Shown: positions 16,994 through 26,995, counted from the first letter of the stretch. The stretch: 64,000 bases of DNA from Planctomycetales bacterium (GCA_030606285.1 JAUWGS010000005.1:2716-66715), one strand, 5' to 3'. Numbers and translations: made by a program. The notes: a model not told the origin generated them from the sequence alone.

Positions 16994-19068
16994 TACTGCG
17001 TCCTCTTCTCGCCACCGAACACGCCCAGCGGCGCTTCCGCCACCAGAGGGCGGTCGGTGAAGCCGGTAACGTCGTCCAGGCTAACTCCCTCCTCGCGGAA
17101 GATCCGCTGTATAAGCGTGGAACACGTTTTCCCGCCGCACGCGCCCATACCGACGCGCAGCAGCGATTTGAGCTGGTTCATGTCGCGCACGCCACGGCGG
17201 ATCTCGCGCACAATCTCGCTCTTGCGGACGCGTTCGCAGCGGCAGACAATGGGGTCTTCCTCGTCAGAGATTTCAGCATCCACAGCCACCGTCTCCGGAC
17301 GGATACGGAAGCCCGCGACCTTGAGTTTGTCCGCATCCGGGACTTCAACCATAACCAGCTTGCGCCGGTCGAGGTCGGGATGCTCCCTGAACGCCACAAT
17401 CCTGCCGGAACCGACGATGCCGCCCGTCTGGTCCACGGTCACTACTTCCGAGCCGGGGGGAGCCACAGCAACGTCGAACTCGAAGGGCATCAGCAGCAGC
17501 GCTTTCTCGCCCTGCGCATCGTAGTCGTTGATTACTAAATTAATCGCCAGCCCCGGGCAGATAGCCACGCACTTGCCGCAGCCAATGCACCCGTCGGTAT
17601 AATGGGGCAGTTCCATAATCGAGCCGGGAATCTTTATCAGGTCGCGGGGACAGACCACAGTGCAGGGATCGCAGGGAATCTCCTGGGTGCACCAGATCAT
17701 TGGATAGACACGCGCGGTGACATCCCCGGGAGGTTCGAAATCACCCGTCTCGCCAGGCTTACTTTGCAGTATCTCGGCGAGTGGCTCCCAGTCCTGCGGG
17801 ATATCCACTTCAACGCCGAGATCGCGCAGGATCTGCCGGCCGGCTATGCGCCCGCTGAAGATTGCTGCAGAGGCTTCCGCAATCTCGTCGGCATCGCCCG
17901 CCGCGTAGACGGGTATCCCGTACTGCTTTATCTTCTCGTATAGCTCGTTTATCGGCGCAAGCCCCACGGCGATGAGCAGCGTATCCACGTCAAACGCCTG
18001 CTCAGTCCCGCTGATGGGCTTGAAGTCCTGGTCAATCTGCGAGATGGTCACTCGCTCAACCCGCTCCCGCCCTTCGGCGCGAATGACCGTGTGGCAGGTC
18101 CAAACCGGCACGCCCATCCGCCGCAGCTTGTCGAGATGAACCTTGTACCCGCCGCAGTACGGCAGCGCCTCGACGAGTCCTGCGACATCAATCCCCGCCT
18201 GCAGCGCGTGGTAGGCCGCAATCAGCCCCACATTGCCCCCCCCCACCACGAAAAGCCGGTTAGCAGCGTCAATGCGGTCGCGGTTGACCAGCGTCTGAAA
18301 TGCACCCGCTCCATACACGCCGGGAAGGTCGCAGCCGGGGAAAACGATGTTGTTTTCGCGAGCGCCGCAGGCGACAAGCACTATCTGAGGCGAGATGAGA
18401 TGATACTCGCCGTCCCGCAGCACACCAATTTTTTTGTCGCAGAACGCGCCAAGCGCAGTCGTATTCAGCCAGACCTGCACCGACGGATGCCTGGCAAGCT
18501 CGTCGGATAGCATTTCACCTATCCTGATTCCGCGCGTTCCCGCCCAGCAATCATCCACTGAGCCGAAGAAGTAATGGGTCTGCAGGCTGAGCTTGCCGCC
18601 CAGCTCCGGCTTATCGTCAACCAGTATGCATTCGACGCCGAACCTGCCAAGCTCGATTGCGGCATCAATCCCCGCAGGCCCGCCGCCGATTATCAGCACC
18701 TGCGGCTTATGCTCGGGGATCTCATGGAACTCCACGCGCCGGTCATCCGGCCGAACTGCAGGATAGCCCTCACAGCTCTCGACGACCATTCCTGGGCGTA
18801 CCGGTGTCATACACGCTTTGACCAGAACTCCGTCGGCGATTACCGCGCACTGGGAACACTGGCCGTTTACGCAGTAAATCCCTTGTGCGCCACCATCGCG
18901 CGGATGATGCCCGAAAACGCGGATGCCGTTGGCGAACAGCGCGCTTGAGATAACCTCTCCCTCGCGAGCAAACAGCGTTTCGCCGTTGTACTCAAATGCG
19001 ACGGTTGGCTCCCCGAGAGGATCCAGTATGGGGTGCTTGACCAGGCGATGCTGCCGCACCTTAGCCAT
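16993..19068 (-). CDS. multidomain flavo-iron-sulfur oxidoreductase (sarcosine-oxidase-alpha / HcnB / OoxA-like): N-terminal [2Fe-2S] domain, FAD/NAD(P)-binding domain, 2x[4Fe-4S] ferredoxin (CIGCGKCVAICP), C-terminal BFD-like [2Fe-2S] (CRCERV...GACGGKTC)
   Basis: Motifs read from translation; two Rossmann GxGxxG (IIGGGPAGIDAA, VVGGGNVGLIAA). Confidence 0.8.
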   Translation of the reverse strand: MAKVRQHRLVKHPILDPLGEPTVAFEYNGETLFAREGEVISSALFANGIRVFGHHPRDGGAQGIYCVNGQCSQCAVIADGVLVKACMTPVRPGMVVESCEGYPAVRPDDRRVEFHEIPEHKPQVLIIGGGPAGIDAAIELGRFGVECILVDDKPELGGKLSLQTHYFFGSVDDCWAGTRGIRIGEMLSDELARHPSVQVWLNTTALGAFCDKKIGVLRDGEYHLISPQIVLVACGARENNIVFPGCDLPGVYGAGAFQTLVNRDRIDAANRLFVVGGGNVGLIAAYHALQAGIDVAGLVEALPYCGGYKVHLDKLRRMGVPVWTCHTVIRAEGRERVERVTISQIDQDFKPISGTEQAFDVDTLLIAVGLAPINELYEKIKQYGIPVYAAGDADEIAEASAAIFSGRIAGRQILRDLGVEVDIPQDWEPLAEILQSKPGETGDFEPPGDVTARVYPMIWCTQEIPCDPCTVVCPRDLIKIPGSIMELPHYTDGCIGCGKCVAICPGLAINLVINDYDAQGEKALLLMPFEFDVAVAPPGSEVVTVDQTGGIVGSGRIVAFREHPDLDRRKLVMVEVPDADKLKVAGFRIRPETVAVDAEISDEEDPIVCRCERVRKSEIVREIRRGVRDMNQLKSLLRVGMGACGGKTCSTLIQRIFREEGVSLDDVTGFTDRPLVAEAPLGVFGGEKRTQ

Positions 19069-21037
19069 TGCCGCCCCCTAAAATGGCGCGACAGGCCAGT
19101 TCGGCAAGCGTCACCGGTTCCGCACAGCCCAGACGCCACGCGCCTTCCCGCTGCAACAGACTCATCTGCAGAAAATCCCCCGGGCATTCACCCAGGAAGT
19201 GCGTCACACCCGGGAGCGCGTCCGCGCCAATAATCCTCTGCTGGAGTGCACTCAACGCATCGTGCGACTGGGTGAAGCTGAACTTCCCCCGGTAAGCTTC
19301 TCTGTTGACGCTATACTCGACCCATTCAACGCCAGGAATCGAAGGCACATCATAACCCGCCGGCACGGCAACACGCAGAACTGGCATCGGTTCCATCTTG
19401 GCGGCTCTCTGAGACAAGTACGTGTCCAGCCACACCACCTCGACGCCCGGCAGATGCGGCGCGAGATACTCTACAACGTCGGGGCAGACGCAGAGCACAC
19501 GCTTTGCGCCGGTCTCCTTGATCGCCAACGCATCGCCAGCAATGGCCGCGTCACTCCCGTGACAGCCCGCTCGTCCGGAGACCACGTCAGCCGGGACGCC
19601 AAGCTCCTGCAAAGCGTTGAGCGCCTGCGCCATCAGTTCTCGAACGTGGTGATGACCCGTTATCGCCGCCGCGAGGTGATCGAATATGGATATCCGATGA
19701 ACGTATATCAGCGTCTCCGCATCCGCAGCTACCGGCAGCCCCGCTTTCCAGGTGGTGAGATCGGGTGTTACCCCGCTCTCGCAGAGAGCCACCAGCTGCC
19801 TGGCAAGAAGGTCGAATCCCCCCTCCTCAATTGCATAACCTGTTTTGTCACCCAGCGGATTCACGTCGTATGAAGCCGCCAGCGCGCTGCGAACCAGCTC
19901 GGCAGGCCCCTCGTGCCCGGCATCGGGATGACGCACTTCAAAGCGGTCTTCGCCAAATCGCATCAGACCAGCCAGGCTCTGAGCGAGTTCGGCCCTGCCT
20001 CTTGCCTGCGCTTCCCCGGCACCGAAGTAGCAGCTTCCCGGATCACGGCAGATAAGCAGCACCTTCTGTGCGCCAGCCAATAGCGCAGCCATCAGCATCG
20101 GCAGGCTGGCGCGGCCAATGCACGGAAGCTCTATCACCTTCTCCCGCAGGTCATCCGGCAAGGGCGACCGCGGGCAGGTCACAATTACCACGTGGGGCTC
20201 GGCGGTCGCCAGCTCAAGAATGCGCTCCAGTAGCTCAGCCTCAGAATAAATCTCCTGCTGGATGGCGGCTGTCGGGCAGGCGGCTATGCAGCTTCCACAA
20301 CCCTGACAGTAGTCTTTCTCAATGGACGATGTGCTCGTACCGCCGACAAACAGCTTCACCTGGGCAACGTCAAAGTTGCAGGCTTCTTCACACAGGCCGC
20401 ATGCTCTGCACAGCTCCGAATTGACCGTGCAGTACGGTATCGAGAAGTCCTGGTCCCAAATACTCCAGCGCCCCTTTTCCCTGATGAATTCTATGCATCC
20501 GGTGGGGCAGACAAGGGCGCAGGCACCACAGCCGACGCAGTCTTCTGCCGGCTCAGGAGGCGACACTTCACGGTCCGCGCCCCGATTCCGGTGTCCAAGT
20601 ACTCCCGTGGACAGGTCTTCGCAAACGCGCACACACAGGCCGCACAGGATGCAATCGCTCGGCTCACTGACAGGCTCAATGGTCGCCTTGTCGAGGCCGG
20701 CGTACCTGCGTGCCACGTCGCGCACGACGCTGCTTTCGGGGCACCTTGCCAGCAGCATATCCAGCAGTTCGCGCCGGGTTTCCAGCACTCTCGGCGCGTT
20801 CGTTGAGACTTCCAGCCCTTCCCTCACCGGGTAGTCGCACGAGGTTACGATGCGGGTGTATCCCTGCCACTCGGGATGCGTCACTTCCACAATACAAAGG
20901 CGGCACGCGCCATAAGGTTCCAGTGAGGGGTGGTCGCAGAGGGCGGGAATGTCCAAGCCAAGCTCGCGAATGGACTCCAGGATGTAGCTGCCCGCAGGTG
21001 CTTGTACGGCGCGACCGTTGATCTTGAAGGTAACCAT
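19061..21037 (-). CDS. Fe-S protein: NuoG/FdhA-type N-terminal 2Fe-2S + 4Fe-4S modules, two 4Fe-4S dicluster ferredoxin domains, MvhD-like (hydrogenase delta / HdrA-associated) domain, and about 270-aa C-terminal Cys-containing domain of unknown function
   Basis: MVTFKINGRAV...CDHPSLEPYGACRLC; CILCGLCVRVC/CVGCGACALVCP; CRACGLCEEAC/CQGCGSCIAACP; PCIGRASLPMLMAALLAGAQKVLLICRDPGSCYF resembles MvhD. Confidence 0.7.
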   Translation of the reverse strand: MVTFKINGRAVQAPAGSYILESIRELGLDIPALCDHPSLEPYGACRLCIVEVTHPEWQGYTRIVTSCDYPVREGLEVSTNAPRVLETRRELLDMLLARCPESSVVRDVARRYAGLDKATIEPVSEPSDCILCGLCVRVCEDLSTGVLGHRNRGADREVSPPEPAEDCVGCGACALVCPTGCIEFIREKGRWSIWDQDFSIPYCTVNSELCRACGLCEEACNFDVAQVKLFVGGTSTSSIEKDYCQGCGSCIAACPTAAIQQEIYSEAELLERILELATAEPHVVIVTCPRSPLPDDLREKVIELPCIGRASLPMLMAALLAGAQKVLLICRDPGSCYFGAGEAQARGRAELAQSLAGLMRFGEDRFEVRHPDAGHEGPAELVRSALAASYDVNPLGDKTGYAIEEGGFDLLARQLVALCESGVTPDLTTWKAGLPVAADAETLIYVHRISIFDHLAAAITGHHHVRELMAQALNALQELGVPADVVSGRAGCHGSDAAIAGDALAIKETGAKRVLCVCPDVVEYLAPHLPGVEVVWLDTYLSQRAAKMEPMPVLRVAVPAGYDVPSIPGVEWVEYSVNREAYRGKFSFTQSHDALSALQQRIIGADALPGVTHFLGECPGDFLQMSLLQREGAWRLGCAEPVTLAELACRAILGGGNG

Positions 21038-21124
21038 GAACAGCAGTGAAACCGTTCACATTATAGTTCACCACCGGCGCTAGTCAACGCGGTTGGCGGG
21101 TAGATAGCGAGTAGCGAGTAGCGA

Positions 21125-21300
21125 GGAAGAGGGCTTGTAGGGGCGATTCACGAATCGCCCTTCCTGTCGGGTAGCGCCGGCTATCTAGCCGGCGATCCTT
21201 AAGGTCATCCCCGCTATGGCGGGGCTGAGCCCTAAATTACCGGACGCGCGGCACGCCGTGCCCGCTGTAGGGCGGTCACCCGTGGGCCGCCGTTGCATCA
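21125..21300. repeat. BIME-like cluster: gtaggggcgattcacgaatcgccc, gggtagcgccggctatctagccggcg, gcgcggcacgccgtgcc, gtagggcggtcacccgtgggccgccg
   Basis: Perfect hairpins matching the 8181-8488, 24612-24770 and 31655-31760 copies. Confidence 0.7.
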
Positions 21301-21305
21301 TCATC

Positions 21306-21686
21306 TTACTGACATTCGTGATTTGCCACGAGAAAAAGGACCGTTACGAGGGACATCATACGCCCCCAGCGGTCGCTGTGCTCAGGCTCGTGCGCCACGG
21401 TCCATGCGTAGTTGAAGAGTTCCAGCATAGATTCCTTACTATCACTCTCTCGTACATATTCCACAAGATCGAAGTAAGCCTTGCTTTGCGGTTTCGCGGC
21501 GACTTTCATAAGGTCCTCTGCGATGAAAGGCATCAACTCGCGTAGGTAAGAACTTTTAGCGGTGTAACCAGGACGGTAGGCGACATCCCAAGCAGCCTTG
21601 AGTATTTTTTTGGCTGCCTCGAACGCCTCAGCAGGCTTCTCCAGCCCCATCTTAGCGAGGTCCAGTACTTCTATGTAAATAGCCAT
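21306..21686 (-). CDS. hypothetical protein (low-GC), 57 nt downstream of the lipoprotein paralog and possibly cotranscribed
   Basis: ORF with SD gaggagaaaaac; no recognised family. Confidence 0.45.
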   Translation of the reverse strand: MAIYIEVLDLAKMGLEKPAEAFEAAKKILKAAWDVAYRPGYTAKSSYLRELMPFIAEDLMKVAAKPQSKAYFDLVEYVRESDSKESMLELFNYAWTVAHEPEHSDRWGRMMSLVTVLFLVANHECQ

Positions 21687-21743
21687 GTTTTTCTCCTCAT
21701 ACTTCAGCAGAATGCGAGATTACACCGTCTCGGTACGACTCCT

Positions 21744-24542
21744 CTAGTAATACCAAGCGAACTTGATATCGTTGTTCGAGTCGTCAAAGTAACCTATCGC
21801 TGGTCTGCCATTCAGCTCGATAAGGGATGTGCACATTCCTTTATTATAATCAACCCACACTGGTGGCCGCCATTCTACGCCCTCGGAATCTGCGGCTGCT
21901 ACGAAACCCAGGACGGCATGCAAGTCGGCATAGCTGACACATGGAATGCCATTCACCACTGCTAGTGAGGACCATCCTCCCCCTGCATCGCTTGCGATTA
22001 CAGGAACGGCCCACGCTGAGCCATTCTCGTCGAGAGATCGTACATATTTTAGGCAACGGCTCTCATAAGTACCTATGTAACAGACAGCCGGATTACCGCA
22101 AACAAGCGTAAGACTAGGTTGCATGCCTGTATCCCCTTCATTGTCGACTATTATTGATTCGCCCCACATCGAACCATCCACGTCAAGAGCCCGCGTGTAT
22201 CTGAGTCTGCCATTCTCAGAGCCTATTCTCTCGTGGTAACTGATAGCGGGATTGCCGTTGACAACTGCAAGCGAACAACTCCATGGCGAGTTGCCAGCAA
22301 CGATCTGCGGTTCACCCCATAAGTCACCATCTTGGTCTTGAGCCCGGACATACTTGACCTCCCAGTTGTTCCAGTCTGTGTAACAGATAGCTGGGTTTCC
22401 ATTTACAGCGCAAAGAGAAACACTGGTAACACTCGTTCCTGGAGTATTGTCGACCGTAACAGGATCGCCCCAGGCATCGCCACTGGCGTCGATCGCCCGT
22501 ACATAATTGAGTGCGTAGTATCCTCCGTAGCCAATAGCAGGTTTGCCGTTGATGACAGTGAGCGATGGGTAGTAATAGCTACCGGGGGCGACCGTTATTG
22601 GTTCATTCCAGGCTGTTCCCTGTGCATTCGTCGACCGCACGAATGTCAAGTCGTGCCCTTGGACGTAGCTGATGGCGGGATTGCCGTTGACCAGTGACAG
22701 ACTGACCGGTGACGGAATGGTACTCCCCCCAATGTCATCAACAATTACAAGATGCCAGCCTCCTACATGGAATGGGAATGCGTACGTATCGCTGCCAAAA
22801 AGGTCGGTTACGGTGATCGAAACTTCATAATCTCCCATATCTAGCATAAGAACTGTTGGCTGTTCTTCATTGCTTTCGTTCGGTTCGGCAGCACCGCCGA
22901 AATTCCACTCGTATTCAAAAGGTGGTGTTCCATTGACTTCAGCTTCGAACGTAGTCTCGATACCCGTTTCGCCTTCTGCGGGTGTCACTCCCACGATCTC
23001 CGGCAGGTTTCCGCATTGTAGCATGAAGTCGTATTCATCGCTGCCATATTCGTTTGTCAGAGTTAGCGATGCGTTGTATTCACCGACTTCTCCAAGGACA
23101 ACTTCAGGGCTGACTTCACTACTGTTGTTTGGGTCCGCTCCCCCGCCGAAGTCCCACTCGTATGTGAGAGGTTCATCACCTAGGACCATCGCTGCGAAAA
23201 CCACGGCGTGACCTGTCGCTCCGACTGTAGGCGTTACGTGCCAAATGTGAGGGACGCCCACGAGTAGAGTGAAGTCGAAGGTATCAACGCCATAATCGTT
23301 GCTAATGGTCACTGATGCTGCGTATTTGCCACCAGGACCAAGGATCACCTGAGGTTGCGGATTATCTGATGTGTTTGGCGTTGCGCCACCCCCGAAGTCC
23401 CACGAGTAAGTGAATGGCTGGGTGCCATAAGCCACCGCCACGAAGCTCACAACATTGCCAGGTGAGCCATGCTGCGGGCCTACTCCGACTATATCCGGAG
23501 GCAGACCTACCGTAAGTGTGAAATCGTATTCATCCAGGCCAAAATTGTTCGCTACTGTCAGAATTGCATCGTAGTTCCCAACGTCGCCTAGCGTCACTAT
23601 GGGAGTTTCCTCGTTACTTGTGCCAGGCTCAGCACCGCCACCGAAATCCCATGCGTAAACAAGTGGCCGTGCCCCAGTAACTACCGCAACGATGGTTAGT
23701 TCGCTCCCGGTGGCTCCTGTGATAGGCGCAATTGATATAACCGAAGGGGGCTCGGTTGCCGAGATAACGTTGGATGGAATCCCCTCTGCGCCTTCGCTGT
23801 CGTATGAAACCACTTGGTAATACTCGTATTCAAGCCCGCTAAGATCGTAGGTAAAATGCTTCCGTTCAGTGGGAACCATCACATTGTAGTCAACCGTGTC
23901 CACTTCCGTGAAAGGACCTTCCACCGTATCAGCGCCTTCGATGCGGTACCCCGCGCAGTCTACCCCATAGTTCATCGCAATGGGAGTGATATCCGCGATG
24001 TCCACAACGCCATTCCCGCTGCCGTCGATGACGGCGAGGAGGCAGTTTACGTCCTCAATGTCGTAGGTTTCGCCGTAGTGCATCGCGATGGGTGTAATGT
24101 CCGAGATACCGATGGTGCCGTTCTGGTCGTAGTCGCCTGCGTTCTGGTAGTGCCAGGAGAGCGTGTAGTTTCCGCCGCCGTTATCGGTGATTGCGAGGTC
24201 GGTGACCCGGTTGGCATCGCCGGTGGGGGGAGTGGAGACGAGCTTCGCAGGGGTTAGGGATGAGGGATTAGGGGTTAGAGGGGAGAAGCGTTGATCAAGC
24301 GCTTCGCGCAGGGCGGACTTCAGTTCTGCGAACAGCTCTGCATCAACACCGTCGGGAGTTTCCAGCGCGGCGAGTTCGGCGAGGGTGGAGTCGAGGGACG
24401 GGTCAATTACCGCCTGGAAAGGCGGGTAAACCTGGTCAGGCGGCGCTACCCGGTGGGAACCGCCGCATGTGCTCAGCGCGAGCGCGAACGCGATGGTAAC
24501 GACTGTGAGTGCAATCACCCGAAGGATGCTGCTGAACCTCAT
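21744..24542 (-). CDS. large surface lipoprotein (lipobox LSTC): two dockerin-like Ca-loop repeats, FN3-like domain, 5 PKD domains (WDFGGG motif), C-terminal about 7-8x NGNPAISY-type propeller repeats; ends KFAWYY
   Basis: DQNGTIGISDITPIAMHYG and GNGVVDIADITPIAMNYG dockerin-like loops; about 95-aa repeats with WDFGGG; C-terminal repeats homologous to gene 3336-4520. Confidence 0.85.
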   Translation of the reverse strand: MRFSSILRVIALTVVTIAFALALSTCGGSHRVAPPDQVYPPFQAVIDPSLDSTLAELAALETPDGVDAELFAELKSALREALDQRFSPLTPNPSSLTPAKLVSTPPTGDANRVTDLAITDNGGGNYTLSWHYQNAGDYDQNGTIGISDITPIAMHYGETYDIEDVNCLLAVIDGSGNGVVDIADITPIAMNYGVDCAGYRIEGADTVEGPFTEVDTVDYNVMVPTERKHFTYDLSGLEYEYYQVVSYDSEGAEGIPSNVISATEPPSVISIAPITGATGSELTIVAVVTGARPLVYAWDFGGGAEPGTSNEETPIVTLGDVGNYDAILTVANNFGLDEYDFTLTVGLPPDIVGVGPQHGSPGNVVSFVAVAYGTQPFTYSWDFGGGATPNTSDNPQPQVILGPGGKYAASVTISNDYGVDTFDFTLLVGVPHIWHVTPTVGATGHAVVFAAMVLGDEPLTYEWDFGGGADPNNSSEVSPEVVLGEVGEYNASLTLTNEYGSDEYDFMLQCGNLPEIVGVTPAEGETGIETTFEAEVNGTPPFEYEWNFGGAAEPNESNEEQPTVLMLDMGDYEVSITVTDLFGSDTYAFPFHVGGWHLVIVDDIGGSTIPSPVSLSLVNGNPAISYVQGHDLTFVRSTNAQGTAWNEPITVAPGSYYYPSLTVINGKPAIGYGGYYALNYVRAIDASGDAWGDPVTVDNTPGTSVTSVSLCAVNGNPAICYTDWNNWEVKYVRAQDQDGDLWGEPQIVAGNSPWSCSLAVVNGNPAISYHERIGSENGRLRYTRALDVDGSMWGESIIVDNEGDTGMQPSLTLVCGNPAVCYIGTYESRCLKYVRSLDENGSAWAVPVIASDAGGGWSSLAVVNGIPCVSYADLHAVLGFVAAADSEGVEWRPPVWVDYNKGMCTSLIELNGRPAIGYFDDSNNDIKFAWYY

Positions 24543-24615
24543 TTCGGCACCTCCTTGCTGACCGGGGGCTCATACTGCCCGCCCCCCAGCAGGCTGCGAC
24601 TATTGTAGCATTTCT
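24543..24615 (-). promoter_or_regulatory. extended -10 promoter (TGCTACAAT, plus 24602-24610) and conserved 5' leader of lipoprotein paralog 2
   Basis: Minus strand reads gaaatgctacaatagtcgcagcctgctggggggcgggcag...ggaggtgccgaaATG, matching the leaders at 3266 and 31888. Confidence 0.55.
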
Positions 24616-24775
24616 GTAGGGGCACGGCATGCCGTGCCCTTTGTAGGGCGGGGACCTGTGCCCCGCCGCTCCTCCATACCGGTTTCAAGACGGCGGCCCA
24701 CGGGCTTCGGCCGTGAGCTCAGCCGAACGGTGGCCGCCCTACAGAAAGAGGGCGATTCGTGAATCGCCCCTACAA
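24612..24775. repeat. BIME-like cluster: gtaggggcacggcatgccgtgccc, gtagggcggggacctgtgccccgcc, E-type hairpin with a nested cacgggcttcggccgtg insertion, gagggcgattcgtgaatcgcccctac
   Basis: Self-complementary units matching other clusters. Confidence 0.7.
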
Positions 24776-24920
24776 AAGATGGCGGGGCGCGCTTCGGCTA
24801 CGCTCAGCATCTGCGACGGAGCCATCCAATCAGGCGCAAAGGCCCGCAATTGTCAAGGCAGATGGTTTCTGGTAAGATAATCGGGTATTCTGTAAGCCAC
24901 TCTTTCAAGGAGAGGGACCC

Positions 24921-25802
24921 ATGAGATTCTTTGGGATAATCCTCATCAGCTTTGCGTTGCTGGCCACACCGGTTATGGCCCAGGGCTTGACGGCCGACGA
25001 TCTCCGACCGCCCATTCCGTCGCGGACTATGCTGTCCCTGGATAAGTTCGTGTCGTGCTATCCCGGTCAGAGAATGACCTTGTTCCAGGACAGCCGGTTC
25101 GGTTACGAACTCACAGCCTATGTGCTTACCCGGAAACTGGTAAAGGAGCACATACAGAAAGTCATCGACCAGTACAACATAACCGATCCCGACGCGGTTG
25201 AAGACCTGATTAACTCCTATCTCGATATGACGCCCCAGGAGCGAGAAGTATTGGTCTTCCTGTTCTTCACCGCGCCGAACATATCCAACCGCTACTTCAT
25301 CAACCACCTGGAGGGGTTGGAGAACACCGTGTATCTGGAATACGGCTCCTCGCCGGTACAGAAGCACGTGATGAAAGCCCGTGATGCTATGAAGAAGGAG
25401 CGCCGGGACTACCCAACCAAGTACGAGATGGTCTACGACGAGGGCACGCGTCCGCTGTTTGTTGACCTGGACCAGGACTACCTCTACTACCCGGAGAGAG
25501 TAGTGCTCGAAGACCAGGGCTGGGACGCAATGAACAAGGCGTACCGGTGGGCGTTCGCTTTCAACTTCACGGACGAGGATATCGCCCGCATCGAGGAGTT
25601 CATACTCAACGACATTGACGTGGAGTTCTCGCTGGTGCTCAGCGATCCTGAGTTCTTCAAGTACATGGGCCTCCGGCCGCATATGAAGTACCAGATACTG
25701 AAGCTCGTGGATCCCGAGTTCGTGGACTTCATGGAAGCCATCGAGGCAATGAGTCCTCCCAAAGAGCGGATCAAGCTGAACCGCAACCTGTGGATTCGCT
25801 AG
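24921..25802 (+). CDS. secreted hypothetical protein (Sec signal MRFFGIILISFALLATPVMAQG)
   Basis: ORF + signal peptide; followed by an intrinsic terminator. Confidence 0.6.
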   Translation: MRFFGIILISFALLATPVMAQGLTADDLRPPIPSRTMLSLDKFVSCYPGQRMTLFQDSRFGYELTAYVLTRKLVKEHIQKVIDQYNITDPDAVEDLINSYLDMTPQEREVLVFLFFTAPNISNRYFINHLEGLENTVYLEYGSSPVQKHVMKARDAMKKERRDYPTKYEMVYDEGTRPLFVDLDQDYLYYPERVVLEDQGWDAMNKAYRWAFAFNFTDEDIARIEEFILNDIDVEFSLVLSDPEFFKYMGLRPHMKYQILKLVDPEFVDFMEAIEAMSPPKERIKLNRNLWIR

Positions 25803-25827
25803 CCTTCTCACACCAAACTGCACACCC

Positions 25828-25868
25828 AAAGACACCGCACGTCAGCGGTGTCTTTGCTTTTCTGCGCT
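25828..25868 (+). terminator. rho-independent terminator (aaagacaccgc-acgtca-gcggtgtcttt, then gcttttctg)
   Basis: 10-bp GC-rich stem followed by a T-rich run. Confidence 0.55.
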
Positions 25869-25933
25869 GGAAACTGGAGTTCTGATAGAATACAGGTGAC
25901 TGGCCTAAGTAACGAATCTGAGGTGTACGTACA

Positions 25934-26323
25934 ATGAGATTATTGCTGCACATTCTGGCTATTCTGGCTGTTATGTTGGTCGTGCTCGGGACTTCAGCCT
26001 GCAAGCTGACTCCTGAGTCGCAACGCACCGTCGAAGAGAAACTCTCAGTGCCCGGGCTGGAGGAATCGCTCATAGTCCGAGATAGGGCAATAGCGGCCGC
26101 GGTTGTCGTGTCGCTCCACGCCGATGTGGAGCTTGCGCAGAACAAGCTGGAAGTCGAATGCCGCAGCGGGAAGGTCATTCTGCGCGGGAAAGTGCCCTCG
26201 GAAAAGCTGAAGGAACGGGCAGAGAAACTGGCGCGAGCCCAGAAGGGCGTACGGGACGTACTCAATGAGATAGAGGTGGACGAATCGCTGGTGGACAGCC
26301 GCATTTCGCTCGACGATTTCTGA
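25934..26323 (+). CDS. BON-domain lipoprotein (OsmY-like), lipobox TSAC
   Basis: Signal + Cys; VSLHADVELAQNKLEVECRSGKVILRGKVPSEKLKERAEKLARAQKGVRDVLNEIEV matches the BON pattern. Confidence 0.7.
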   Translation: MRLLLHILAILAVMLVVLGTSACKLTPESQRTVEEKLSVPGLEESLIVRDRAIAAAVVVSLHADVELAQNKLEVECRSGKVILRGKVPSEKLKERAEKLARAQKGVRDVLNEIEVDESLVDSRISLDDF

Positions 26324-26338
26324 TATCAGGAGGATTCC

Positions 26339-26995
26339 ATGAGGCTACTTGCGATCTGGATTGCGGTCTTCACGATGGCTGCGTTTACACTGGCATGCAA
26401 TCCCCAGGCCGATACAGAAGATGAGACGCCTTTGCCTGCAACAACCGGCTTGACGCCAGACGACCAGGCTGCCGAGGTTACTCCTGTTGAAGTACCTGTC
26501 GAAGAAGGCACCGAACAGTCGGCAGATGAAGATGAAACCGCAGGGAGAGACATCTCTAATCTGCCCACGAAAATTGAAGTAGGAAACCAGCTACCGACAT
26601 TCTCTTTCGCGACGATTGACGAGAAGCAACACTCTATTGAGGAGTTTGTCGGGAAGCCGCTGATCCTCAACTTCTGGGGCATAAGCTGCCCGCCCTGTCG
26701 CAAGGAACTCCCCGAGTTGGTCAAATTCTACAAGAAGTACAAAAGACAGGGCCTCGAGATCATCACTTTGAACTTAGACTCATCGCTTCACGATCAGCGC
26801 AAGTTCCTGGAGCACCAGGAGATGCCCTGGGTCGTCGGCTACGACCAAGCACAGTTGTTCCGGAAATGGAACTACCGGTTCATCCCGACGAGCATCCTTG
26901 TAAACCCGAGTGGCACAGTCATAGACGAGCACATCGGTATGATGGACAAAGCAGTGCTAGAGGAAAAGAAGGGAGACCTTTTCGGCGAGAGCTAG
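26339..26995 (+). CDS. TlpA/ResA-like thiol:disulfide oxidoreductase lipoprotein (thioredoxin fold)
   Basis: ILNFWGISCPPCRKELPEL (WxxCxxC); lipobox LAC. Confidence 0.8.
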   Translation: MRLLAIWIAVFTMAAFTLACNPQADTEDETPLPATTGLTPDDQAAEVTPVEVPVEEGTEQSADEDETAGRDISNLPTKIEVGNQLPTFSFATIDEKQHSIEEFVGKPLILNFWGISCPPCRKELPELVKFYKKYKRQGLEIITLNLDSSLHDQRKFLEHQEMPWVVGYDQAQLFRKWNYRFIPTSILVNPSGTVIDEHIGMMDKAVLEEKKGDLFGES

